Shown: positions 32,077 through 41,758 of the stretch, in pieces
Layout of the letters: the number at the start of each line of letters is the position of its first letter
How positions within the stretch are numbered: position 1 is the first letter of the stretch
Assembly (NCBI GenBank): GCA_003208875.1
Contig: QCUR01000005.1
Span: forward strand, 84,434 to 148,433
Origin: Prochlorococcus sp. AG-679-M23
GTDB taxonomy: Bacteria; Cyanobacteriota; Cyanobacteriia; PCC-6307; Cyanobiaceae
Direction: 5' to 3'
Length of the DNA stretch: 64,000 nt
Translations under genes and position numbers: made by a program
The notes under the pieces: generated by a model
What the model saw: the letters and a program-made list of their open reading frames with translations, nothing else
The model's database searches: none
Told to the model about the DNA's origin: nothing

Positions 32077-33015
32077 TTACAAAAAGGTAATACCGCTATT
32101 AATTAATTTACAGACCCACGCTTCAAATCCATAATTATTAAATATTTTATGATTTTGTTCAAAAACTTCACTAGCTATATTTATATCTTTAAAAAGAGCA
32201 AAACATGTTGGACCAGATCCACTCATTGAGAATGATAAACAATTTTGCAAATTTGAAAGTAGATATAATGCTTTCTTTACAGAATTATTTTCTCTCTCAA
32301 CAATTACCTGCAAATCATTTTTTACATTTATCCTTTGTTCTGATAATTTGAAATCGTGGAATCCGTTTACTCTTAAATCATTTCTGATTTTGTTTGTTTT
32401 CTTAGTTTCAGTAAAATGTTTTGGACAAAATTCTTTACTATATTTTTTATAAGTATCTACAGTTGAAATTGAAATATTTGGGTTTTTTAAAAGAATTACG
32501 CCAAAGTCAAAATTAGAACTGTATTTCTCAAGAATTTCTCCCCTTCCGAAACAAAATTGGCATCCCCCTTCTATAAAAAAGGGTACATCTGATCCTAGTT
32601 TTTTCGAAAGTAAAAAAATATTTTCATAATCAAGGTCCAAATCCCATAATTTATTAAGTCCAATTAATGTTGCAGCTGCATTACTAGAACCACCAGCTAA
32701 ACCAGCACCGATAGGAATATTCTTTTTTAAAAATATATTAGCCCCTAATTCTTTATTTTTTGATAGGTCCTTTATATAATTCGCCGCTTTTATTATTAAG
32801 TTATCTTCATCTAAACTTAGATCTTTGCTATCAGACTTTAACTTAATTTCGCCAATTTGATTATTCTCAAATTCTATATAATCAGAAAGATCTATATTCT
32901 GCATTATCATCGCTAATTCATGATATCCGTCCTCTCTTTTTCCGATTATTTCAAGATGAAGGTTTATCTTTGCATGTGATTTAACGCAAATCTTAGTTGT
33001 AGATAATTTTGACAT
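32077..33015 (-). CDS. ispE: 4-diphosphocytidyl-2C-methyl-D-erythritol kinase
   Basis: AKINLHL, IPIGAGLAGGSSNAA, MSGSG. Confidence 0.96.
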   Translation of the reverse strand: MSKLSTTKICVKSHAKINLHLEIIGKREDGYHELAMIMQNIDLSDYIEFENNQIGEIKLKSDSKDLSLDEDNLIIKAANYIKDLSKNKELGANIFLKKNIPIGAGLAGGSSNAAATLIGLNKLWDLDLDYENIFLLSKKLGSDVPFFIEGGCQFCFGRGEILEKYSSNFDFGVILLKNPNISISTVDTYKKYSKEFCPKHFTETKKTNKIRNDLRVNGFHDFKLSEQRINVKNDLQVIVERENNSVKKALYLLSNLQNCLSFSMSGSGPTCFALFKDINIASEVFEQNHKIFNNYGFEAWVCKLINSGITFL

Positions 33016-33016
33016 T

Positions 33017-33850
33017 TTACTGATTCTTGTTTGTTATTTTAATACAAGCCTCTGCAAGCTTAATCCATTTCTTAATTGAAATATCCTGAGGTCTTGAATT
33101 AAAGGATATTTGAGATGATTCTGATAATTGCTCTATCTCATCTGATGAAAGTATTGAATTAAGTGTATTTCTTATCATTTTTCTTCTTGAATTAAATGAA
33201 ATCCTAAGAAGTTTATCTAAATATTTCTCTAGTTTAATATCTAAACGCATCTCTGGTCTCAATGGTTCAAAAACAACCAGAGAAGAAAACACTTTTGGAG
33301 GTGGGTCAAAAGAAGATGGAGGTACATCACATATTCTTTTTATGTTAGAGATGAGTTGCATTCGCACACTCAGAGCTCCTGCATTCGTACTTCCATCCTT
33401 AGCTAAGATCCTATCTACAACATCCTTTTGCATTAAGAAAATTATTTTATTGTAATTATTCTTGCTAATTATTCCTAATCTTCCTACAAAAATATCCAAT
33501 ATTGGACCTGTAATATTGTATGGGATATTTGCGATAACTTTTGTAATTTTTTTATTTATTGAGTCAAGATTTGTTGAAAGAATATCTCCTTGTTGAAGAG
33601 AAAAATTATTATCATTTTTAAATTTATTATTTAAAAGGTCAATTAAATCTTTATCTAACTCGATAGCATGCAATCTACTAATTTTCGAATCTAATAATTT
33701 CGATGTTAAAGCTCCTCTTCCGGGACCAATTTCTAGAATAAAATCTTTTTCTTCCAGTTCAGCTACCTCTTTGATTTTCTCTAATATCAGATTATTAACC
33801 AACCAATGTTGTCCAAATCTTTTTTTTTGATGATGGTTCTTAAAATTCAT
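33017..33850 (-). CDS. rsmA: 16S rRNA dimethyladenosine transferase
   Basis: [29 protein letters not shown]; start reassigned to ATG 33850 (MNFKN). Confidence 0.95.
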   Translation of the reverse strand: MNFKNHHQKKRFGQHWLVNNLILEKIKEVAELEEKDFILEIGPGRGALTSKLLDSKISRLHAIELDKDLIDLLNNKFKNDNNFSLQQGDILSTNLDSINKKITKVIANIPYNITGPILDIFVGRLGIISKNNYNKIIFLMQKDVVDRILAKDGSTNAGALSVRMQLISNIKRICDVPPSSFDPPPKVFSSLVVFEPLRPEMRLDIKLEKYLDKLLRISFNSRRKMIRNTLNSILSSDEIEQLSESSQISFNSRPQDISIKKWIKLAEACIKITNKNQ

Positions 33851-33908
33851 CCAAAAGAGAAATAATATGTTTAAATTAAATGTACATCTTATATCTTTAT
33901 TAAATAGT

Positions 33909-34220
33909 ATGGGCCTATCAAAAAAAAATTTAGGTAAACTCAATACTTTTATTAAAAATAATAATTTAGTTAGCAAAAATAACCCAATTAAAAAATCTCA
34001 AGAATCCCACAATGCTTCCAAAGTTGAAGACCCTTCCAAAATTTTTTATTCTATAATTGATAACTCCGATAATATAAATGAGACATCAGATGCAAATCAA
34101 TTATTAAAAAAAAGTGAGGATGTTTTTCATAATATAAATGCTAGAAAAACTAATACATCAGAGAATCTATCTACAGAGGAAGAACTATATGACGAATTTA
34201 ATTATCTTCTTGATGAATAA
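33909..34220 (+). CDS. Hypothetical protein
   Basis: Open frame ending in acidic [14 protein letters not shown] 33909 or 33867. Confidence 0.7.
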   Translation: MGLSKKNLGKLNTFIKNNNLVSKNNPIKKSQESHNASKVEDPSKIFYSIIDNSDNINETSDANQLLKKSEDVFHNINARKTNTSENLSTEEELYDEFNYLLDE

Positions 34221-34240
34221 AGAAATTTTTCTTTTTTTCT

Positions 34241-34654
34241 ATGCTTCAAACTAATAGATTATCAATAAATGCTATTGGTAAAATAAAAAAAAATTGGATA
34301 AGAGAAGGAATTAATCAATACAAAAAAAGAATGCCTGATCTTATTATTAATGAAACTAAGAGTTTTAATATTGATAATATTCGAGTTAATAATATTATTA
34401 TTTGCCTAACTGAAGAAGGACAATCCTTTAATTCAATTGAACTAACTTCCTTACTTTTAAATTTTAAAAATAAAAAAATTAATTTTCTTATTGGAGACGC
34501 AGATGGAATCCCTTCAGATATTAAAGATAAATCAAATCTTCTATTAAGCCTCTCTCCTCTTACTTTTCCTCATGAACTTGCAAGATTAATTCTTATCGAA
34601 CAAATTTATAGAGCTGTTTCTATTTCTAATAATTCGCCTTATCATCGCGTATAA
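34241..34654 (+). CDS. rlmH: 23S rRNA pseudouridine-1915 N3-methyltransferase
   Basis: [32 protein letters not shown]...PYHR. Confidence 0.95.
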   Translation: MLQTNRLSINAIGKIKKNWIREGINQYKKRMPDLIINETKSFNIDNIRVNNIIICLTEEGQSFNSIELTSLLLNFKNKKINFLIGDADGIPSDIKDKSNLLLSLSPLTFPHELARLILIEQIYRAVSISNNSPYHRV

Positions 34655-34718
34655 ACAGAAGATTTAAGATTAATACATAAACCTCTTAAAACAAACACAA
34701 TTTTAATTTTTTAATATA

Positions 34719-34734
34719 TAGTATATATGTACTA
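34719..34734. promoter_or_regulatory. Cyanobacterial LexA (SOS) box upstream of umuD
   Basis: TAGTATATATGTACTA, one mismatch from TAGTAC-N4-GTACTA; overlaps the -10-like TACTAT at 34730-34735. Confidence 0.8.
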
Positions 34735-34775
34735 TTACAAGAATTTCGTATTCTTCTGATTTAACTTTTAAAAAG

Positions 34776-35162
34776 GTGAAGATTCCATTATTAAGTGATT
34801 CGGTCTCAGCAGGTTTCCCCTCTCCTGCAGATGACTATACTGAAGAAAATATTGATTTGAACGAGCATTTAATATCTAATCCTTTTAGTACTTTTTTTCT
34901 TAGAGTCAAAGGTGACTCAATGATCAATTCAGGAATTAAAGATAAAGATTTAATAATAGTAGATAAGAGTCTAACTGCTAAACCAGGAAATATTATTATT
35001 GCGATGATAGATGGAGAATTTACGATAAAAAGATTATCCATAAAAAATAATGAATTATATTTAAAAGCAGAAAATCATAAATATCCAGACTTCAGTTTTA
35101 GAAATCATATTGATATACAAATTTGGGGAGTTGTAATCTATTCAATACATAGTTACTTATGA
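34776..35162 (+). CDS. umuD: DNA polymerase V subunit UmuD
   Basis: SAGFPSPA cleavage site; GDSM Ser and TIKR Lys dyad. Confidence 0.95.
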   Translation: MKIPLLSDSVSAGFPSPADDYTEENIDLNEHLISNPFSTFFLRVKGDSMINSGIKDKDLIIVDKSLTAKPGNIIIAMIDGEFTIKRLSIKNNELYLKAENHKYPDFSFRNHIDIQIWGVVIYSIHSYL

Positions 35163-36451
35163 AAAGTAAAAGCTCAAGTACTGAAGCAATAGCTCTTATA
35201 GATGCCAACAATTTCTACGCATCGTGCGAACAAAGTATTAACCCCAATTTAAGGAATAAACCAGTAGTAATCTTATCTAATAACGACGGATGTATTATCG
35301 CAAGAAGCCCTGAAGCTCGTGCTTTGAAAATAAAAATGGGAATTCCTTATTTTAAAGTCAAAGAAAGTTTGTATAACCTAAAGGTTGCAGTCCTAAGTTC
35401 CAATTACTCGCTCTATGGTGATATGAGCAAGAGATTAATGAATTTATTAAAGGACTATTCTGAAGAAATAGAGGTTTATTCTATTGATGAAGCCTTTATT
35501 TCAATTCTTAGACCTAAAGATAAGAATTTAAATCCTTGGGCAAGAAAAGTAAGGTGCTTAATATATCAAAATCTAGGAATAACTTTAACAATAGGAATAG
35601 CAGAAAACAAAGTAAGGGCAAAAATTGCTAATAATCTAGCTAAGAATATAGATTCTTCCGCAGGAATATTTGATTTAGCTAGGATCTATAATGATAATGA
35701 TTACTTAAGAAAAATTAGTATAGAAAAAATATGGGGTATTGGTAAACAAACATCTAATTGGTTACAAAGCAAAGGGATTAAAAATGCAAAAGAATTTAGA
35801 GATATGGATGAAGATGAAATCATTAAGAAATTAGGGATCATAGGGAAAAGATTACAAATGGAATTAAAAGGTAAAAAATGTCTTCCGATAGAAATAATTA
35901 AGAAGCCAAAAAAAGAGATTCAAGTAAGTAGAAGCTTTGGAAAACCAATCACAAAATTAGAAGATTTAACTCAAGCATTGGCAATTTATGCAATAAAAGC
36001 GGCCGAGAAAATGAGAAGTCAAAGCTTAAAATCATCTGCCATTACTATATTTGTAAGAACTAGTCATTATTCAAATAATCCTTATCAAAAAAGTGCTTAT
36101 AAAAAACTTATAAATGCAACAGATAATACAAGTACTATTTTAAAAACAGTACTTGCATTATCTAAAGAAATTTATACTCCGGAATATAAATTATCAAAAG
36201 CTGGGGTTTTAATGCAGGATTTAACTAATTGCAGATATTTACAGCAATCAATTATCAATTACGAATCTCAAGAGGAATCAAAAAAATCTATCCGTCTTAT
36301 GAAAACAATTGACTCCTTGAATAAAAAATTTAATAATGAAGTAATTACATGGGCAATTGCAAAAAAGCCACAAGAATGGGCAATGAATAGAAATTCATTA
36401 AGTTCTGGATCTACAACAGATATTAGAAAAATTCCAAATATAATGATATAA
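35159..36451 (+). CDS. umuC: DNA polymerase V subunit UmuC
   Basis: DANNFYASCE, LSNNDGC, YSIDEAF, SRSFG; ATGA overlap with umuD. Confidence 0.96.
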   Translation: MKSKSSSTEAIALIDANNFYASCEQSINPNLRNKPVVILSNNDGCIIARSPEARALKIKMGIPYFKVKESLYNLKVAVLSSNYSLYGDMSKRLMNLLKDYSEEIEVYSIDEAFISILRPKDKNLNPWARKVRCLIYQNLGITLTIGIAENKVRAKIANNLAKNIDSSAGIFDLARIYNDNDYLRKISIEKIWGIGKQTSNWLQSKGIKNAKEFRDMDEDEIIKKLGIIGKRLQMELKGKKCLPIEIIKKPKKEIQVSRSFGKPITKLEDLTQALAIYAIKAAEKMRSQSLKSSAITIFVRTSHYSNNPYQKSAYKKLINATDNTSTILKTVLALSKEIYTPEYKLSKAGVLMQDLTNCRYLQQSIINYESQEESKKSIRLMKTIDSLNKKFNNEVITWAIAKKPQEWAMNRNSLSSGSTTDIRKIPNIMI

Positions 36452-36460
36452 AAATAAAAT

Positions 36461-36916
36461 ATGGAATTTATATTATTTTTAAGCAAAATCGATAAGGAGA
36501 TAATAGAGCTGATTAATAAATCAAATAATTCAATAGAAGAAAATACAGCTCTTTGTGCTATGGATAAAAAGTTTGTTGGTTTTTACAAAAGAGAAGAAAA
36601 AGCAATAGTTATTTGCACTGAAAATGCTAAAAAATTAGGTGGATATAAAGAAGGCGAACGTAATGATAATCACAAAACAAATCTTTATATAAGAAGAGCT
36701 TTAAGGCATGAAACGACACATCTAGTCCAGTCATGCAATAACAATAAACCCACCGGGATAATAAAAAATATAGAAGATAAAATTCATTCAGGAAAATTAA
36801 AAGCTTTAAATTCCTCAGTACGAATATCTGGAAATTATTTTAAAGAATTAGAGGCTTATGTCATGGAGGACAAGCCAAGAAAAGTAAAAGAGGTATTGAA
36901 AATTTATTGTTTATAA
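36461..36916 (+). CDS. Hypothetical protein with HExxH zincin-like motif
   Basis: ALRHETTHLVQSC plus downstream ELEAY. Confidence 0.75.
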   Translation: MEFILFLSKIDKEIIELINKSNNSIEENTALCAMDKKFVGFYKREEKAIVICTENAKKLGGYKEGERNDNHKTNLYIRRALRHETTHLVQSCNNNKPTGIIKNIEDKIHSGKLKALNSSVRISGNYFKELEAYVMEDKPRKVKEVLKIYCL

Positions 36917-36929
36917 GTTCTTAAAAAAT

Positions 36930-38966
36930 TTATTGGTTAGAAGTAAAATTGCCACAACGTTGTTTATCAAGAAAATTGATATGTTGTCTTTCTAGATAAT
37001 ATAATTCTTGAAATTTTAAAGCATCAGAGTTTAAATCTTTGAATACATCTTCAATCTCTTTATTAGAATCTGAAGGTTCTAAGGAAGAATTATCGATTAA
37101 AATAGAAATACAGTTTTCCAAAGTTTTAAGTCTTTGAGAACCCCAGGATTCAATAAGATGTCTACATCTTTTTAATGATTTATATCTTTCAAGAAGAGAC
37201 AAAGTACCCAGAAGATTATGTTTAGAATTTTTTAAAGTGGTTAAAAATAATTCATCTGGATTAATAAAAATATTAATTTTATTAGAGACTTCTAAATCAT
37301 TAAGAGCTAAATGATCGGGCAATAGTGAAATCAAGTTAATTGAAATAAATTCATTATTTAATTGTTTATTATTAGGATCTTTCAAATCTTCTAAATAATT
37401 TGCACTTAAATTATTTACTTCTATTGTTGAAATAGATTCCCAAATAAGACGAATGTATTCAGTATTGAAGATGTTAATTTCTCTTTTAAGTAATTCTTCA
37501 CGAATAAAAAGTCTATGTTCAGGGCAATGTAAATAGTAATAAATAATCTCTGATTCATTTTTTTCACGCTGACTAACTTCACTTGGCTGTTCAAATTTTT
37601 TTGATCTGCCATGCCAACGAAACCCTTTAACTTGTTTTCTTAAGTCTTCTTCAAATTTAATAGCTAATCTCGCTTGACCCATACTTAATCTTTCAGAGAC
37701 TTTTTGCAAATAGTGAGTTCTTGTAGCAGATTGAGGAAATTTACTTAATAACTTAACTAACGAAGAAATAACATTCTGAAAAATATCAGATTTAGATAAG
37801 TCTTTATTATCAAAAATCTGATCAATCTCCCAATCAATCCAGAAAGAAGCATTATCTATTAAATTAAAATAATCTTCTGGTGTATTTTCTTTAAGGTACT
37901 CGTCAGGATCTTTAAATGATTTTATTTGCAAGATTTTTAAGTTTATTTGATCGTGAAGAGATAAACTTTCAACTTCGTTTATAACCCTTTTTGTAGCTAA
38001 TCTTCCTGCATTATCAGAATCAAAGTTAATTATTATATTTTTACTATCAGTACATCTACAAAGTTGTGAAATCTGATATTTGTTTAATGCAGTTCCAAGA
38101 GAAGCGACAGAATTAGTAATTCCTTTTGAATGAAGTGAAATAACATCGAAATAACCTTCCACTACCACTGCCTTGTCTCGTTTTCTAATATTGCTGGATG
38201 CTTTATCAAAAGCAAACAACATTTTACCTTTCTCAAAAACTTCAGTTTCGGGAGAATTTAAATATTTAGGTTCCTGACCATCTAGAGATCTGCCTCCAAA
38301 AGCAACTACTCGCCCTTGCATATCAAAAATAGGAACTATCAATCTATTTCTAAATCGATCGTAAACCTTATCAGTATTATCCTTTGAGATAACAAGACCT
38401 GCACTTAAAATTAACTTTAAAGGAAATTTCTCAACTTTTGAAAGGTAATTGAATAAATCATTCCATGAATTAGGAGCATAACCTAATTCAAAATCATTAA
38501 TAATTTTAATATTTAAATTTCGTTGTGAAGTCAAATAATGATGTGCTTCCTTACCTAAGGAATTATTTAATTGAGATTTAAACCATTCCTTTGTTACGCG
38601 AAGAATCTTATATAGTTCGTCTCTCCTAGATAATTGTTTTTTATATATTTCTTGCTGAGGCCCATCAACATTTATTACATTAATATCATTCTTTTTTGCA
38701 AGTGAAAGAACAACATCTGTAAAGTTATTACGTGTAAACTCCATCAAAAATTTAATAGAGTTACCTCCAGCTCCACAAGAGAAACAATAATAAAATTGTT
38801 TTGCAGGAGAAACTGTCATAGATGGCTTATTATCATCATGAAAAGGGCATATACCAACAAATTCTTTTCCCTTTTTCTTTAGTACGATATGTTCCGAAAT
38901 AACATCTACAATATCTGCTTTATCTTTAACCTCCTGAATAGTTCTTGGATGTATAGCAGGTCCCAT
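36930..38966 (-). CDS. dnaG: DNA primase
   Basis: CPFH..CFSC zinc finger, FGGR, KYLNSPET, VEGYFDV. Confidence 0.98.
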   Translation of the reverse strand: MGPAIHPRTIQEVKDKADIVDVISEHIVLKKKGKEFVGICPFHDDNKPSMTVSPAKQFYYCFSCGAGGNSIKFLMEFTRNNFTDVVLSLAKKNDINVINVDGPQQEIYKKQLSRRDELYKILRVTKEWFKSQLNNSLGKEAHHYLTSQRNLNIKIINDFELGYAPNSWNDLFNYLSKVEKFPLKLILSAGLVISKDNTDKVYDRFRNRLIVPIFDMQGRVVAFGGRSLDGQEPKYLNSPETEVFEKGKMLFAFDKASSNIRKRDKAVVVEGYFDVISLHSKGITNSVASLGTALNKYQISQLCRCTDSKNIIINFDSDNAGRLATKRVINEVESLSLHDQINLKILQIKSFKDPDEYLKENTPEDYFNLIDNASFWIDWEIDQIFDNKDLSKSDIFQNVISSLVKLLSKFPQSATRTHYLQKVSERLSMGQARLAIKFEEDLRKQVKGFRWHGRSKKFEQPSEVSQREKNESEIIYYYLHCPEHRLFIREELLKREINIFNTEYIRLIWESISTIEVNNLSANYLEDLKDPNNKQLNNEFISINLISLLPDHLALNDLEVSNKINIFINPDELFLTTLKNSKHNLLGTLSLLERYKSLKRCRHLIESWGSQRLKTLENCISILIDNSSLEPSDSNKEIEDVFKDLNSDALKFQELYYLERQHINFLDKQRCGNFTSNQ

Positions 38967-39064
38967 TTATTTATTTTTCTAAAAAGAATTCCTAATAATC
39001 ATTTTGTTATAGGTCAAATTTTTAAAAGAATCTACTTAATTTCACAATAAAACTATTTTTAGTA

Positions 39065-39952
39065 ATGCTTATAGAATTTTTTAATCAAAAGAATAATTCA
39101 TTTAAAAAAGTAAATTTAATATTGGCATCGTTTTTCTTCAGTCTTATGACTGTTTGCGTAAAAAAAATTGATAATAGAATACCTATATATGAATTAGTAT
39201 TTTTTAGATCATTATTAAGCTTGTTCATTACCTCTCTGATAATAAATAAAAAAAATTTAAATCCCTGGGGAAAGAACAAACCATTACTAATTTTAAGGGG
39301 CATTTTAGGGACGATAGCTTTGGTTTGTATATTTTATGCTATTAAAAATATGCCTTTAAATATTTCTACTGTTATTCAATATACATACCCTTTATTCATA
39401 TCTATTTTTGCAGGAATTCTAATTAATGAAAAGGTTGCTAAAAATCTGATTATTGCATTGATAACAGGATGGTTAGGAATATTAATAATCTTAAATCCCT
39501 ATCAATTATCCAGTTTAAACATTGAGCTAGATAAATTTACTGTTTTAATAGCATTTCTTGGTTCTATATCAACAGCCCTAGCTTACATAACTGTTAAAAA
39601 ACTATCATCTACTGAAGATATTTTCATAATAATTAAATACTTTCCTTTAATGTCCGTAATAACATTATCACCAATTGTATTTTTCAATTGGGTAACACCC
39701 AATATTAATGATTTAATTTGGATAATCGGGATAGGGATATTTACCCAAGCTGGACAAACATTTTTAACAATTGGATTAAAGAAATTACCAACTTCAGAAG
39801 CGGCTAGGATAAATTATTTACAAGTACTTTTTGGTTCTTTATGGGGAATTGTGTTATTTAATGAACTAATAAATATTAACTTTATTTTTGGTGCAGTACT
39901 AGTTTTGTTAGGAACTATTATATCTACTAGCAAAAAACTAAAAAAGATTTAA
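39065..39952 (+). CDS. DMT/EamA family transporter
   Basis: About 10 hydrophobic segments in two EamA-like halves. Confidence 0.85.
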   Translation: MLIEFFNQKNNSFKKVNLILASFFFSLMTVCVKKIDNRIPIYELVFFRSLLSLFITSLIINKKNLNPWGKNKPLLILRGILGTIALVCIFYAIKNMPLNISTVIQYTYPLFISIFAGILINEKVAKNLIIALITGWLGILIILNPYQLSSLNIELDKFTVLIAFLGSISTALAYITVKKLSSTEDIFIIIKYFPLMSVITLSPIVFFNWVTPNINDLIWIIGIGIFTQAGQTFLTIGLKKLPTSEAARINYLQVLFGSLWGIVLFNELININFIFGAVLVLLGTIISTSKKLKKI

Positions 39953-39966
39953 AATAAAAAAAAAGT

Positions 39967-40326
39967 ATGTTTGTAATGAAATTTTTCTTATTAGCATTTT
40001 TCAGTCTTTATCCATTTCTCCAAGTAAAAGCATCAACGCCTAAATCTGTAACATGCACTAGGACTGAATATAGGGAAGAATATATTCCCGGTACAAAATC
40101 AAGTCCTGGTTATGTAAGAAATTACGAAATTGATGTGGAAATTCCATGCGGAGGAGAAAAGGCCAAAAATATTGATGACAATGACTGTAGTGAGGGATCA
40201 GTAATAGGTGGACTCCTTGGAGCTGGAATAGCTCTTTCTTCATCTAGAGGTAAAGATAGATTTTGGGCAGTCCCAGCAGGAGGTACAGCAGGTGCTCTTC
40301 TTGGATGTCAGGTGGATGGTGGTTAA
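39967..40326 (+). CDS. Exported glycine-zipper protein
   Basis: Signal-like N-terminus; GSVIGGLLGAGIA and GGTAGALLG; four Cys. Confidence 0.75.
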   Translation: MFVMKFFLLAFFSLYPFLQVKASTPKSVTCTRTEYREEYIPGTKSSPGYVRNYEIDVEIPCGGEKAKNIDDNDCSEGSVIGGLLGAGIALSSSRGKDRFWAVPAGGTAGALLGCQVDGG

Positions 40327-40974
40327 TTGATTAGTTGGATAAAGGGAGAATTAGTAAGTTCATGGAATGCTAATAATAAATTTTATATTTTAGTAAATTG
40401 TCAGGGATTAGGTTATGAAATTCAGACTCTGGAATCTGTCATATTGAATATAAATAAAATTACTGAAAAAGAAATAATACTATGGCTAAAACATATAAAA
40501 AAAGAAGATTCTGATATGCTCTTTGGATTTAACTCTAAAGAGCAAAGAGATTTCTTTATTCAAATTCTAAATATTAAAGGTATTGGCTCCCAAATCGGGA
40601 TGTCTTTATTAAATAAATTTTCTGTAAATCAATTAATTAATGCAATTTCTAATAATGATAAAAAATCGATAAGTTCTGTTCAAGGAATTGGTCAAAAAAT
40701 GACTGATAGAATAATCCTTGAATTAAAAAGTAAGGTAATTACAAAACAAATTGAAAAAGAAAATTTAAATAGAAATAATTTCCTTGAAGAAAATAAAAAC
40801 TTAGATTCAATTTTTAAAGATATTGACTTAACACTTCAATCTTTAAACTATTCTAAGAAAGAGATTAAAAACTTATTTCCAAAACTTATTAATAATATTA
40901 AAAATTCATCTTTAGAAAAAAAGTCTATTTCTTTTGAAAATTTATTAAAAGAAGCATTGAACTATTTAGACTAA
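40327..40974 (+). CDS. ruvA: Holliday junction branch migration protein RuvA
   Basis: MISWIKG, GLGYEI, LFGF, two HhH GIG motifs. Confidence 0.93.
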   Translation: MISWIKGELVSSWNANNKFYILVNCQGLGYEIQTLESVILNINKITEKEIILWLKHIKKEDSDMLFGFNSKEQRDFFIQILNIKGIGSQIGMSLLNKFSVNQLINAISNNDKKSISSVQGIGQKMTDRIILELKSKVITKQIEKENLNRNNFLEENKNLDSIFKDIDLTLQSLNYSKKEIKNLFPKLINNIKNSSLEKKSISFENLLKEALNYLD

Positions 40975-41031
40975 CAATAATAGTAATTTAGACCAGTAAC
41001 GTAGTAATATGTCTAAAGGTAGATAAATTTT

Positions 41032-41301
41032 ATGACTCTAGATACAGCGGAAAAACAAAAACTAATTGAATCGCATCAAGTACATGCAACAGACACAGGA
41101 TCTGTTGAGGTGCAAGTTGCTATGCTTTCAGAAAGAATTTCAAAATTAAGCGACCACTTACAAGGAAATATTCACGATTATGCATCAAGACAAGGCCTAT
41201 TAAAAATGATAGGAAAAAGAAAAAGATTACTATCATACATAAAAGGTAAAAATCCCCAAAGCTATCAAGATCTAATTAAAAAAATTGGAATCCGAGGATG
41301 A
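41032..41301 (+). CDS. rpsO: 30S ribosomal protein S15
   Basis: [12 protein letters not shown]...[20 protein letters not shown]. Confidence 0.98.
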   Translation: MTLDTAEKQKLIESHQVHATDTGSVEVQVAMLSERISKLSDHLQGNIHDYASRQGLLKMIGKRKRLLSYIKGKNPQSYQDLIKKIGIRG

Positions 41302-41307
41302 TTTCCA

Positions 41308-41757
41308 TTGATGAAGAAAAAACAAACTAAAAAGAAAAATCTTTCAAAAAAGAAAAAAATATCTGAGGTTGATGCCTTTAGAAATATTGAAAAGAAAGTT
41401 CCATCATTAACCCCAATAAGCAAACAATCTAGCGGTATACCAAAATATGTAGCTGACAGAATGGCTAGGAGAATCTTTTTTACGGCTGGAATACCTACAA
41501 TTATGGGGATGTCAGTCTTTGTTATAAGTTATATAATCGTCACAAGAAACATTGCCGAAATTCCTCCTTCTTCAACAATAGCAATATCAGCATTATTCTT
41601 TTTATTAGGACTAGGGGGGTTAAGTTTTGGAATATTATCTGCTAGTTGGGATAAAGAACCAGGAAGTTTTTTTGGTATAGAAAATATCCCCCTAAATATT
41701 GAAAGAGCAAAGGCTGCATTTAAACCAGCATCTCAAAACTTTGATGAGAAAAAGTAA
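41308..41757 (+). CDS. PAM68 family photosystem II biogenesis protein
   Basis: IPKYVADRMARRI...LSFGILSASWD...GS; follows rpsO. Confidence 0.88.
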   Translation: MMKKKQTKKKNLSKKKKISEVDAFRNIEKKVPSLTPISKQSSGIPKYVADRMARRIFFTAGIPTIMGMSVFVISYIIVTRNIAEIPPSSTIAISALFFLLGLGGLSFGILSASWDKEPGSFFGIENIPLNIERAKAAFKPASQNFDEKK

Positions 41758-41758
41758 A

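Noticed and set aside
33851..33976. N-terminal extension of rsmA in the ORF track
   Set aside because: Overlaps the divergent gene; KsgA homology begins at MNFKN (33850)
34776..36451. umuDC as cargo of a mobile element
   Set aside because: No integrase, terminal repeats or evident composition shift; flanked by rlmH and dnaG
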